Assembly: GCA_030390025.1 (NCBI GenBank) | Contig: CM059432.1 | Span: 136,402,001 to 136,466,000, forward strand | Reading direction: 5' to 3' | DNA length: 64,000 nucleotides | Source of the DNA: Squalus acanthias | Lineage: Eukaryota | Shown: piece after piece, positions 40,418-52,847 of the stretch | Layout of the letters: every line of letters starts with the position of its first letter | How positions within the stretch are numbered: position 1 is the first letter of the stretch | Notes under the pieces: generated by a model | The model's input: only the letters and a program-made list of their open reading frames with translations | What the model was told of the DNA's origin: nothing | Database searches by the model: none | Program-made: the position numbers and the translations under genes

Positions 40418-41849
40418 GCAGGGAGAGGGCCTCTGTTGCCCTGCTGCATCTTTTCAAACGATCCCATCCCCAGGATTTGGGGCAGGGTCAACAGCAGAGA
40501 ACATCAGCCATTGAATGTCTGCTCCTGCCCCACTTCCACCCTTCCCAAAGACTTTGCGGGATTGCTAAACTTAAAAGTTGAAAAATTGCCCGTCGCCTAA
40601 ATTAATTTAAATGCGCCAGCTATTGCATCAGAGGGAAGGTCAACGAGTTCTTATACTCGTATGACTCATAGCAGATCTGTATTTATGCCAAAACGTGTGA
40701 AATCTGTGAGCAAGTATCAGTATGAGACATTGGAAGACGCTAAACCCAACTTCCAGTTTGACTTTGGTGGCGCATATTTAGAAGTGCTCCAAAATAAGCA
40801 GGATGATAGCAATCTGCCTTACTCAAATGAGATGTGTCCTCTAATAATTGTCTTAATTGGCGTGTTAGTCAACTTGTTTTATTTAATTAAAGTGATGTTT
40901 GATACTATGTGGACAATGTAGAACAGCAATAATTGCTGTAAGTATTGGATTAGCGCCAGTGCTAACATGCTGCAATCAGTGGGAAAAATGTGACAACATT
41001 ACCCCACACAGGACAATTGAGGCATAATTGAATGGACAAAAATATTCTGAAATAAATCAACAAGGCAAAAACATGTCAAAGTGAATGATATTGGGCCAGA
41101 TTTTGCTGTAGTTAGTTAGGCATGCCCCTGCACTGCCAGCGCTAAAAAAAATTTGCATACAAAGTTGCTGAAAGTACGAGCCAATAACAGCACAGCGAGG
41201 GAATCAGGGCATCTGGGACCCGAGTGCACAGGGCAGCCAGCAGGGTATCTCTTTAACCAATGAGATTGAAGGATTGGAAAATAAACATGGCAAGGACTGA
41301 GAAGGAGGACGAATTAAAGGGGGTGAATTCAATGCCAAATCAGGTACAGAAAGAGAAATAAAGAGAGGGAAAGAAAGATTGGGTGGAGAGAAGCTGATTG
41401 ATGGGTTATCCTGTGGATGCTCTTGTTCACATCCGAGTGGCCAGTTGCAAAGCAGATCTGGCAGGGGCCTGAGCAGGCCCGTTGCCAGTGTGCCCTTTAA
41501 CCTGGGGTTTGTGTACAGCGCAGGGACATCGAGGGACGAGAACATCGATAAATCATTGTAAAATGCACATATATTGTAATTTGAACATCGTGGACCCCTC
41601 TACCTCTGCATCATGTGAATAAATAAATAGAAATTGCTTATTCATATAATAATAACCACAAACAAAATAAACTCGGGGGGGGGGGGGCGCGATAGCTGAG
41701 ATATGTTGAAATCTAGATATCCTTTTGATTAGCCAGGTACATCAAGAAACATCGAGTTACATCGAGTCTACAGCACAGAAACAGGCCATTTGGCCCATTC
41801 GGCTCCACACAAACCTCCTTCAACTAACCCTATCAGCATACCCTTCTAG

Positions 41850-42410
41850 TACATAAGAACATAAGAACATAAGAAATTGGTGCAGGAATAGGCCACTTGG
41901 CCCCTCGAGCCTGCTCCGTCATAAGATCATGGCTGATCTTGGGCTCAAAGCCACTTCGCTGCCCGCTCCCCATAACCCTTCACTCCCTTATCTTGCAAAA
42001 ACCTGTCTATCTCCACCTTAAATGTATTTAATGACCCAGCCTCCACGGCTCTCTGGGGCAGAGAATTCCACAGATTTACGACCCTCTGAGAGAAGAAATT
42101 CCTCCTCATCTCAGTTCTAAAAGGGCGACCCTTTATTCTGAAAGTGTGCCCCCGAGTTCTAGATTTCCCCACAAGGGGAAACATCCTCTCTGCATCTACC
42201 TTGTCGAGCCCCCTCAGTATCTTATATGTTTCAATAAGATCACCTCTCATTCTTCTAAATTCCAATGAGTATAGGCTCAACCTTTCTTCATAAGTCAACC
42301 CCCTCATCTCTGGAAGGGGAATCAACCAAGTGAATCATCTCTGAACTGCCTCCAATGCAAGTATACCCTTCCTTAAATAAGGAGACCAAAACTGTACGCA
42401 GTACTCAAGG
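41850..42410 (-). mobile_element. CR1 LINE 3' fragment
   Basis: ORF 41945-42325(-); (ACATAAGA)n tail. Confidence 0.9.
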
Positions 42411-42775
42411 TAGTACTTTCTGCTTTAAGTATTACCACTGCATTCCCATGATAAACTCATGTCTCAGAACCTTTTCACATTCATTTTTCTTTTCTGGAAG
42501 CTAATAGAAAGTCTTGGACCAACTGAAACCAGACTAGAGCAGACAGGATATCCGACCAGACCGATGCTTTAATAATTTCTATGGAGAGTTGCGCAAGAGT
42601 CGTTGCAGCTGCAGGACTTAGAGATGGATCAAGTGTTTCTGCACTTGCAACCCTCTCAATGGCAGGATTACTTATTGATAAAGATTTGGATAGAAAATGA
42701 CACAGCTTTCAACAATCTTTCTTACTTATTGCAACTGCATGTTCTAAACTATAAAAATGGCAATTGAGAAACTGT

Positions 42776-43548
42776 GGGCGCGATCTTGCCAGCACTGGGG
42801 AGGCGGGTTTGGATGCGGGACTGCCGGGAAAATGGCAGAATCTGGGGGCGGGTACCCATCCCACCCCCAACCCGCCTCCGTGCTATCTTTCCAGGAGGCG
42901 GGTAGCCGACCCGCGCCGGGTCCCGATTCCTGGAGGCGGGAAGGGGACTACAGCCACTTAACTGCCTGTTAACAGGTAGTTAACAGGCAGTTAAGAGGAT
43001 TATTCCCATTTTTCCATCATAGGTGCGGGCTTCCCGACGTCGGGAAACTCCGCCAGGGTCAGCGAGGTGAGCAGTGGGTCTGCGGGGGTCGGAGGGATCC
43101 AAAAGTGCGCTGTGGAGATGAGTGATGGGTGCAAGTGTGGAGAGGTGAGTATGCGAGGTGAGTGAAAAGTGATAGAAAAAGTTTCCTTACCTTTGTTTCT
43201 TCCTGCAGGCTTCAACCGTTGGGGATGCGGAGGCTCCGGCATCTCAATGACAGCGATGACATATGGCATCTGCATTCTCCGATGCAACAGCCATCTGCTT
43301 TCTGCTCACAAAACAGGTTTGGTGAGCCTTGAGTACAACAGAAAACGTCAGTGTTCGACAGTTTCACAGAGCTGACGTTCTCTGTAACCGGCTTCCCCTT
43401 AATTAGCCTGCTAAGCCCGCTGGGCGGGCTTAACAAGGTCAATCAAGGGAAAATAGCATGGGTTGGCCACAAGTCGATGGAGGCAGGACTAATACCCGAC
43501 AAGCAGCAGTCCCGCCCCCAACGCACCCCCATTGACAAAATCACCCCC
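42776..43548. mobile_element. Harbinger-type MITE, same family as 54416-55027
   Basis: Shares blocks such as GGAGGC(G/A)GGTTTGGA and GGCAGTTAAGAGG with 54416-55027; degenerate G-rich ends; TSD not clean. Confidence 0.65.
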
Positions 43549-43667
43549 CAATGTTTGAATCTGTACAATCACATGAAGGAATTGGTTGAAGAGGTGGGAT
43601 TGCTACATTAAAAAAATGTTACCGAATACTTTCCATTTTTAACAGAAAGAAAAACACAATGACACAA

Positions 43668-44275
43668 CAGTAAAGACGTCTTACTGCAATTATATAGGGC
43701 TCTGGTGAGACCACACCTGGAGTATTGTGTACAGTTTTGGTCTCCTTACCTAAGGAAGGATATACTTGCCATAGAGGGAGTGCAACAAAGGTTCACCAGA
43801 CTGGTTCCTGGGATGGGGGATTGTCCTATGAGGACAGATTGAGTAGACTAGGCCCGTATTCTCTAGAGTTTAGAAGAATGAGAGGTGATCTCATTGAAAC
43901 ATACAAAATTCTTACAGGGCTTGACAGGGTAGATGCAGGGAGGATGTTTCCCCTGGCTGGAGAGTCTAGAACCAAGGGTCACAGTCTCAGAATAAGGGGT
44001 TGGCCATTTAGGACTGAGATGAGGAGAAATGTCTTCACTCAGAGGGTGGTGAATCTTTGGAATTCTCTACCCCAGAGGGCTGTGGAGGCTCAGTCATATA
44101 TTCAAGACAGAGATCGATAGATCTTTGAATATTAAGGGAATCAAGGGATATGGGGATAGTGCAGGAAAGTGGAGATGAGGTAGAAGATCAGCCATGATCT
44201 CATTGAATGGCGGAGCAAGCTCGAAGGGCCATATGGCCTACTCCTGCTCCTATTTCTTATGTTCTTATGTTCTTA
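43668..44275 (+). mobile_element. CR1 LINE 3' fragment
   Basis: ORF 43725-44120; (TTCTTATG)n tail. Confidence 0.9.
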
Positions 44276-44707
44276 GAATCAATTAGTTTAGGGCACGATT
44301 ACGATCCCAATCACATCTGATACTATAAATTATTTTAATGTAAGTTTTCACTTTGCTTTGGGGATCAGGAAGTATTCCTGTCGGACTTTCCCTAAATAGA
44401 CTAAACAAGCAAGGTAGTGTCCATGATAGAGCATATTCTACGCTGTTTGTGGATGGAGCAGTCTTTTATCAGCTCCTTAGTCCTGTGGCAAAGCCAGTTT
44501 AAATATAATATTATTTGTTTTACTCCACATACTAAACTTTGCATATAATTCACTTAAATGCATCGCTGATTGCCAGCTATTGATTCCACCTATAACAACA
44601 ACAACTTGCATTTATACAGCGCCTTTAAACATAGTAAAATGTCCCAAGGCGCTTCACAGGAGAATTATCAAACAAACTTTGACACCGAGCCACATAGGAG
44701 ATATTAG

Positions 44708-44870
44708 CAAAATATTGTGGATGCTGGAAATCTGAAATAAAAACAGAAAATGCTGGAAAACACTCAGCAGGTCAGGCAGCATCGACCTGAAGCGTTAATT
44801 CTATTTCTCTCTCCACAGATGTTGCCTGACCTGCTCAGTGTTTTTCAGCATTTTCTGTTTTTATTTTATT
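44708..44870. mobile_element. Inverted pair of Penelope pLTR fragments inside an L2 copy; same arrangement at 37956-38096 and at 45972-46074 plus 47813-48060
   Basis: AATGCTGGAAA..ACTCAGCAGGTCAGGCAGCATC is followed by its near reverse complement GATGTTGCCTGACCTGCTCAGTG..TTCAGCATT. Confidence 0.75.
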
Positions 44871-45089
44871 CAAGTGATATCAGGACAGGTGACCAAAAGC
44901 TTGGTCAAAGAGGTAGGTTTTAAGGAGCGGCTTAAAGGAGGAGAGAGAGGTAGAGAGGCGGAGAGGTGTAGGGAAGGAAGTCCGGAGCTTAGGGCCTAGG
45001 CGGCTGAAGGCACGGCAGCCAATGGTGGCCTATGTGAATGCTAGGAAAGGAAACATTTCAGTTGAGTGAAAAGGGATATGAAAAATAAT

Positions 45090-45245
45090 GGCCCGGAATT
45101 TCCTGGGTGCTGTTTTTGCTCTGCTGACGTAACTTCACTGGAAGTGTAGCGGAAACCCCGTTTACGCATCAATGGGGTTTCCACTGCACTTCAGGTGAAG
45201 ATATAATGCCAGAGCGAGAGAAGCTTCAAAAAAAAATTCCAGGCC
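45090..45245. mobile_element. Short Harbinger-type MITE
   Basis: GGCCCGGAATTT / AAATTCCAGGCC ends with an internally inverted structure. Similar short GC-rich elements lie at ~2842-3006, ~17528-17722, ~22525-22682 and ~52490-52671. Confidence 0.55.
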
Positions 45246-46074
45246 AGTAACAAGTAGGCTTCTCTGACAAACCATTTCTAATGTTAGAATACATCCAGTC
45301 CATTTGCCAGTGAGAGTATCAGTAAACTCACAATCACTGAAGGGACAAAAACCAGTGACGGATCACTATTTATCTTGCAGATTAAGCAGGAAACAATGTT
45401 TCCGTGATGAGGAAACTGTAACGAGTGAAACTCATTGCATTTGTGATATTTTCAGCGGTAAAATCCAGCAAGTTTAACTGTTGGAATTTTATTAATCATA
45501 GTCTAACTTGTCCCAACACACCCGGAGAATCCGCCTCTATTCGTCTCTGAAATATCTGATTTTTTACTAAAATCTTTTCAATGACAAGTGCAGTGCTAAA
45601 TCTACCAGCTAAAAATATACTTTGCCCATTGGTTGTCTTCCTTCATATTGGAATACTTAAGTTTCTGTTGAATGATGATACTTGTGTCGATCAATCACCT
45701 TAACAATTAAATATATACTGCAATGATCAGCATAATTTCCTTAAAGGCTGTCATTGTACATCATTGTACAACATTGCAACATTGACTGCAATTCAAAAGT
45801 ACTTCAGTGGCCATGAAGCACTTTGGGACATCCTGTGGTCATGAAAGCCATTATAGAAATGTAAGTTTCCCCTGCCCCCCCAGTAAATATAGTAAATTGG
45901 AGTTCAGTGTAAAAATATTCATATGTTATAAACATCTTCACTTCAGTTAAAAAGTATTATCGAGATTTCCAAAAGCAAAATTCTGCAGATGCTGGAAATC
46001 TGAAATAAAAACATAAAATGCTGGCAATACTCAGCAGGTCAGGCAGCATCTGTGGAGAGAGAAACAGAGTTAAC

Positions 46075-47812
46075 GGCCGGAATTTTACCGGCGCTGAGAG
46101 GGCGGGATCAGAGACGGGTCAGCTGTCAAAATAGAAAAGATTGACAGCGGGTCGGGAACCCGCTCCACGCGAGCCTCCCAGGTGTCGGGTCTGTCAGCGC
46201 TGAACAGACCCGACACCAAGCGGCGAGGGAGGCAATTCAGATCATTAAATGCATTGTTAAGAGGCAATTAAGTCTTATTTTAAGCTCACCTTTAGATTTT
46301 TAGAGTTTGCCAACGGCTTCCCCGCTGCTCGGGGATCACGATGTCGGGTAAGGATGGATTGTGTCAGCATGGGATGGTTTCTAAACCTGACAGCTGCAAA
46401 TGGTCTATAAAAGCTCCCATTTCATAACTGTTCACTTTCCAAGGTTAGAAGCTGTTGCTTACTGCATTTGGAAGACAGATTGAGCTTTATGCAGGTTGCA
46501 AGTGTTTGGAGCAAACTCGCTACCAGTGTCACCTCATTGGAACAACCTCTCTCACCACTGACAGATCGCTTCTGTCATCTCAACCTCACCTGCCATCTAT
46601 TACATCAGCATCGGTGTCCTTGAAACTATCTCACCTTGGTCCTCAGAATCCCACCAACGATCAGCCCCAACACTAGCAGCACCAACAACAACACCAACCT
46701 TCTCCGCAATCAACTGATGCTGCACAGGACACAGGGCATCAGCACCCGACCACATTGCTGCCCGGGACACCTGGGATGGCCTCTCCATGGCCAGATTTAC
46801 TTCGCCTGATGCTGCACACCCTGGCTGCCACATGATGTGCCAGGTTGGCACCACCCCACACCAACACCATAAAACATCCCTACAATGCCCAAGCCATTCC
46901 TTTCACACTCATTACCATTGCGGGGGGTACAGTTATGTCTCACCATTTATTACAACTCACTAAGCCACTTCCAAAGGTGCACACAAATCTGTCCAAGAAC
47001 GCAAAGTGTTGAAAATAAAGATTTCAATGTTTGACAGCACATTAACAGAAACGTCACATGAACATTGGCTAAAACACCCAAGTGCCTATCCTTGTGTGTT
47101 GTTAGTTGGTATGATTGCACTAGGATGAGGGTGAGTGTGAGGGGTGGCTAGTGAGATGGGGAAGTGATAATGTAGATAGAGAGGGATGGGTGGAGGTGCA
47201 AGGTAAGCTGGTGTGAGTAAGGATGTGCAGGAGTAGGGTATGGAAGGCAGAGCGATGGGGATGTGATGAGTGGCACAGCAGGATGAGGTTGACTGTGGCT
47301 TTGCAGTAATGTTTCGTGATCTACTGAGATCATTGAACGGTTTGCATCACTGCAGCCCTGCTTGTGCCCTCCTGTGCAATGTGCAACCAGGCTGTGTTGA
47401 TCTCCTGGGGAGGTCTCTTCCGCCCATGGGAATGGAAGAGAGCCTCCCTGCATGCTGTGACTCCCTCCATAAGCATATGGAGGGAGTCATGGGAGAGCCT
47501 GGGTGTAGCAGTACATCTCTGTGCAGTGCTTGTCAGTGTTTGCAGCACCTCAATGCTGTAGAACACTGACAGCACATCTGTCAAAATCAATTTGGACATG
47601 GTCCCTTTAAGGAAACTGGCTGATGACGTGTCATCAAATGACATCATCAGACCCGTTTCTTTTTAATTGGCCGGGAACCTCGCTGGGCAGGCTTAACAAG
47701 CCCAATCAACATAAAATCACTTGGAGAGAGCGGGCTGGAGCAGGCAGCGGGCTGGGACCGCGCTACCGACCCCGGCCACCCCTGACCTGCCTCGGTTGGC
47801 GAAATCGCGGCC
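46075..47812 (+). mobile_element. Non-autonomous Harbinger deletion derivative related to the 57251-61395 element
   Basis: Ends GGCCGGAATTTT and GAAATCGCGGCC; AAC duplicated at 46072-46074 and 47813-47815. Internal blocks resemble the transposase start (~46610-46740), the transposase end and intergenic region (~46750-46920), and ORF2 intron 1/exon 1 (~47110-47530). Confidence 0.85.
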
Positions 47813-48519
47813 AACGTTTCAGGTTGGTGACCTTTTGTGAGAACTGGAAAAAGTTAGAGATATAATAGGATTTAAGCAAGTACAGAGGCAGGGAAAGGAG
47901 GACGGGAGGAAAGAACTAAAGGGAAGGTCTGTGAAAGGGTGGAAGGGAGGAGAGATTAAATGACAAAAGGTGTGTTTGTACAAGGCAACAGGAGATGTCA
48001 TCCGAAGCTGCCTGACCTGCTGAGTATTTCCAGTATTATCTGTTTTTATTTTATATAGATTTACAGCTGACAACGGCCATGAAACAGAACTTATTCTGTT
48101 TTATTCAGTCTGCTAAACAACAATTTATGAAAGCTAACTTAGAGGACTGAGATTCCTGTAGCCAACAGAAAAGTTGCCCAATTTTAGAGCACATACAAGA
48201 CCCCATTTAAAGCTGAACCAAAAGTGGTGTTGCCTCTTGCAGGTTCACCATTTGCACGCTGGGAGCAGAAGAACAAACCTGGTTGCCGTCACCTTTAGGA
48301 TTTTCCCTTTCTCTCAGCAGGTTAGGACTTCAATCATGTTCTGTAAACCAGAGTTCTTATTTACCTCTTTGAGGAAGACTTTCTGTACACTGCAATCTGG
48401 TTATGGGAAGAGATGCTACTGGTGAGTAAAGTGACTGCAACAATACATCAATAAATAACTATAAAAGACACCATGACCAGCAGTGTGAGATATGAGCTCA
48501 TCAGAAACTTTGCTGCAAT

Positions 48520-49012
48520 ATCCTAGCTCGCACCAAGCCCCATTCACCCATCACCCCTGTGCTCGCTGGCCTACATTGGCTCCTGGTTCGGCAACGCCTC
48601 AATGTTATAATTCTCATCCTTGTGTTCAAATCCTTCCATGGCCTCGCCCCCCCTCCCCCTCCCGATCTCTGTAAACTCCTCCAGCCCCACAACCTTCCAG
48701 ATCTCTGCGCTCCTCCAATTCTGGCCTCTTGCGCATCTCTGATTTTCATTGCTCCACCATTGGTGGCCGTGCCTTCAGCTGCCGAGGCCCTCAGCTCTGG
48801 AATTCACTCCCTAAATCTCTTCGCCTCTCTACCTCTCTCTCCTCCTTTAAGTCGCTCTTTAATGCCTACCTCTTTGACCAAGCTTTTGGTCACCTCTCCT
48901 AATATCTCCTTATGTAGCTCAGTTTTAAAATGTTGTCTGATAGTCGCTTCTGTGAAGCGACTTGGGATGTTTTACTACGTAAAGGTGCTATATAGATGCA
49001 AGTTGTTGTTGC
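48520..49012 (+). mobile_element. L2-clade LINE 3' end
   Basis: LAGLHWLLVRQRL..ILILVFKSFHGLAP; (GTT)n tail. Confidence 0.85.
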
Positions 49013-50574
49013 TGTAGTATATATATCCACGTGGGAACACCACCACCTGCAAGTTCCCCTCCAAGTCACACACCATCCTGAGTTGGAAGTATATCGCCGA
49101 TCCTTCACCGTCGCTGGGTTAAAATCCTGGAACTCCCTCCCTAACAGCACTGTGGGAGTACCTTCACCACACGGACTGCAGCGGTTCAAGGCGGTGGCTC
49201 ACCACCACCTTCTCAAGGGCAACTAGGGATGGGCAATAAATGCTGGCCTTGCCAGCGACGCCCACATCCCGTGGACGAATTAAAAAAAAGCTAACAAGAT
49301 AACAGATGAGTCCCTCATGAGCGGAGATACTTATAACATAACAATCCTGGGCATGGCAGATTGTATTTTTAGCACTTATATTAATTGAATTGAATTGAAT
49401 TGGTAATTAAAAAAATGTCCTGATATTCCTGATATCATTGAAGATCAAAAAGAATGTAAGCTGCTTTTGTTCCTTGTTATTGTCACATTTCTGTCACTTT
49501 TTTCCAGAGGGGTGTTGTACAAGCATCTTCTATGTAGGAAAAAATGGATCAACCAATTGACGGCTGAAAGCACTTGTCTAATCTTTCATCCATCTACAAT
49601 CCCCACTGTACATGCAGAATATCAATCCTCTCATCAGAATATTGTAGAGAAGTATTCCTCTGATGAAGGCTTTTGAAGTCTGCATTTTGACCTGTAGCTG
49701 GGACTGCCTGGTTTTACATGGGAATTCTTATGTCAAGTTGGAACAAATAGTCAGGAGAGAAATAGAAGTGTGGAATTATCCACAAAGGGAATGATGTGGT
49801 TTTAAATAATATTGCCATTCTGGAGTTATCCAAAATGACCTTCCCTGTCAAAATCACATCAGGCTTGCAATTCCACTTCCATCTTTGATACTCCAAAACT
49901 AGCCACTCTTGTTTCTAAACCAGAAATAACTGGTGACATGTGACCTTTTAAAAAAAAATTGTAAGATAGACAACTCTATTTAATCCATAGTTTCCTGGAT
50001 CAAAAATCTGCACTGCATTATATTTGGACCGTGTCTTATTAACCAGAAAACATTAAAGTCTATGGAAAGCACCTGTGTTCTACAAGGAAAATGCTTTTAA
50101 TTTTAGCCAGTGTATTACAAGCATTATAATCCCTGTTCTGATTCCAACATGATTGACTAAGCTGCTCATCGAGATAAGCCTTGCCCCAGCCATGACTGGC
50201 TTACAGAATGATAAAAAATGAGGGCATTCTGACAGATTATTTACTGCAACAGATAAAGCTCGTGAAGAAAATATTTATGTGAGTGGGTTATTGGCAGAAT
50301 TTAAGTAGATTAGAGGTTTAATATCTGTCAGACAACTCATGATGTTATAGCTAAATAAAGCCAACAAGTGCTTCTGGAAAACCCACATCTCAAGTATTAA
50401 TATCACAGAAATGCAAGACCCTTCATTGATTGCAACAGTGCTCGAGAAGCTCTAATAGAATTGAAATGCAGGCTTGTCAAACAAACCCCTGCTGCCAGGT
50501 AGTCTTACTATGATGCAAAAACCTACAGGACATCCTAGTCCAAGGAATCTTTAGCATCTATGTGCATTTCAAAG

Positions 50575-51435
50575 AATCATACAGCATAGAAGGAGCCCAT
50601 TCAACCCATCGTGGCTGTGCCAGCTCTTTGAAAGAGCTTTTCAATTAGTCCCACTCTCTTGCTTTGTCTCTGTAGTCCTGCAAATTTTTCCATTTCACTA
50701 TTTAGCCACTTCCCTTTTGAAAGTTACTATTGAATCTGCTTCCACCACCCTTTCAGGCAGTGCATTCCAGATCACAACAACTCACTGCGTAGAAAAAATC
50801 TACTCATCTCCCACCTGGCTTTTTTGCCAATTGTCTTAAACCTGTATCTTCTGATTACTAACCCTCCTGCCAGTGGAGACAGTTCTCCCTATCTACTCTA
50901 TCAAAGTACAGGAAACTCTTTCGTATCCGGCACTGACGGGACCGGGATGGTGCCGGTTGATTAAAAATTCCGGATAACGGCGAGGTATATCTACCGAGGC
51001 TATTTTTAACAAACAAAAATAAAAAAATCAAGAAATGTGCAGTATAATTGGGTACTCCCCTACAGAATGTTGTGTTAAATGGATGGTGGAAGATGCTTGA
51101 TTAAGTACAGTACTGCCAGTTGAGGGTAATCCATAACTCTTTAATTACTTAACAGTAAAACAAAACTTATAAACGACTGTATACTGTAGTTTTCGGAGTA
51201 TGAATTCTGCCGGTTATTAGAGAATTCCGGATATTTAGGTGCCGTTTAAACGAGAGTTTCCTGTAGATACTTTATCAAAACCCCTCATGATTTTGAACAC
51301 CTCTATTAAATCTCCCCTTAACCTTCTCTGCTCTAAGGAGAACAATCCCAGCTTCTCCAGTCTCTCCACCTAACTGAAGTCCCTCATCCCTGGTGCCATT
51401 CTGATAAATCTCCTCTGCACCCTCTCCAAGGCCTT
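50575..51435 (-). mobile_element. CR1 LINE 3' fragment split by a Tc1/mariner MITE
   Basis: Reverse-complement similarity to 24020-24278; CR1 sequence continues after 51270. Confidence 0.8.
50909..51263. mobile_element. Tc1/mariner (pogo/Tigger-like) MITE inside CR1
   Basis: TA|CAGGAAACTCT ... AGAGTTTCCTG|TA. Confidence 0.85.
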
Positions 51436-51651
51436 TATAGAAGATCCAGGGAAATCCAACATGCCTAACTTCAACCTTCAGGATTTCCATCACATCTTAT
51501 ACCAGACTTCTGATTTCCAGGTTTTATTTCGATCTGAATTCAAGACACAAAGTCCGGTGAAATCAGCTGCCTTTTCAAGTTAATAGTAAGAATGTTTGTC
51601 AACAAAAAATGTCAAGTTGAATGAGAAAAACAGTTTTGGACCAAACACAAT

Positions 51652-52246
51652 GGGGCAGATTTTCCGCTTTGGGCGCACTTTGCAAACTGGGCACAAATTG
51701 CTCTTGAAATTGTGTTGTTTTTCTGAAGTGATTCAAGTTTCCGCCCAAACTTATTTGCATAATCACAAACATAAAATCTTCCATGAACCAGCGCAATCGG
51801 GCAGCTTTTTAGAACGTAATTTTTTTTTCGCATTAAAAAATATTCCTTGATATATGGAAGAGTGGTAACCTGGTGCCATTTTTAAAATATATTTTAATAT
51901 TGAGAAACTTTTAAGAAAGTGTCTACTAGTGCCTGCGCGCCGAAAAATACGAGCTGATTTTCAAGAGCCTCATCGAAGGACTGCAAACGAGTGCAATCGG
52001 CCGAAACTCACCAAGGTGATTAATTCGAGTTGGGGGCGTGGCCAGTTTTGTGGGTGGGGCTGGCTTCCAGTGCGCTGTTTTTGAAACCAGCGTTAAAGAT
52101 CGCAGAAACTCGATCTACACTTAGCGTAACTTGCGTTTAAAACTCCGCGATCTTTTGCGCTGGTTTGGCCGATTTTATCAGCTGGTTACATCAGCGCTGG
52201 ATTACGCTGATGTAACCAGCGCAAACTTGCGGAAACTCCAGGCCGT
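51652..52246. mobile_element. Harbinger-type MITE; related partial copy at ~7470-7740
   Basis: GGGGCAGATTTTCC...GGAAACTCCAGGCC ends; the internal block (AAGAGCC...GAAACTCACCA...GGGGCGTGGCCA) recurs at 7510-7680. Confidence 0.6.
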
Positions 52247-52847
52247 TATCTTTACGTAATAGTAAGCTCTTACAGCTGTCCTCCCAGTCGTTGATGTGCA
52301 TCAATAGCTGCATCTACAGCACTGCTTCGCCAATGGAACTTCATTCAGCTGTTCAGACACGATACCGGTAACTGAAGAGATGCTCTATGTCTGTGCTGCC
52401 CACCAGTACACAGATGGGGACGGGGTGCTCCCTGTACCAATCAGCAAAGCAACAGCATGCACCAGAACTCTGGTATGCCAGTGGTTATAGGGGTTAGTTT
52501 TAACCTAACTCCGGATCCGGGCAGGAAACGCACAGGGTCAGGCGGAATTCCGGTTTTACACTCCGCCCGATACTGACTTCAATGGAGAGTAAAATAGGGC
52601 AGTGTAAAACCAGCGTCGCTCCTGATCCCGTCAGTTTCCCGATGGGCGGGTTAGGTTTCAGGTTTAACCCCTATTTTGGTATTCAGCTTTTTAGCGGATA
52701 ATTATTACTTCATTAAATTTAACACTAAATTCCAAAACTAAATCTTACAAAGACATTTTTTGGGGTATTTAAGAACTGAAGGCTATTTACCCTTTATGTT
52801 TTGAAAAGGAGCCCCTTTCATTGATTTTTTACAACCACAAACTATGG

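Noticed and set aside
40661..40921. 86-aa ORF with a hydrophobic C-terminus
   Set aside because: No homology recognised; hydrophobicity is expected from AT-rich sequence.
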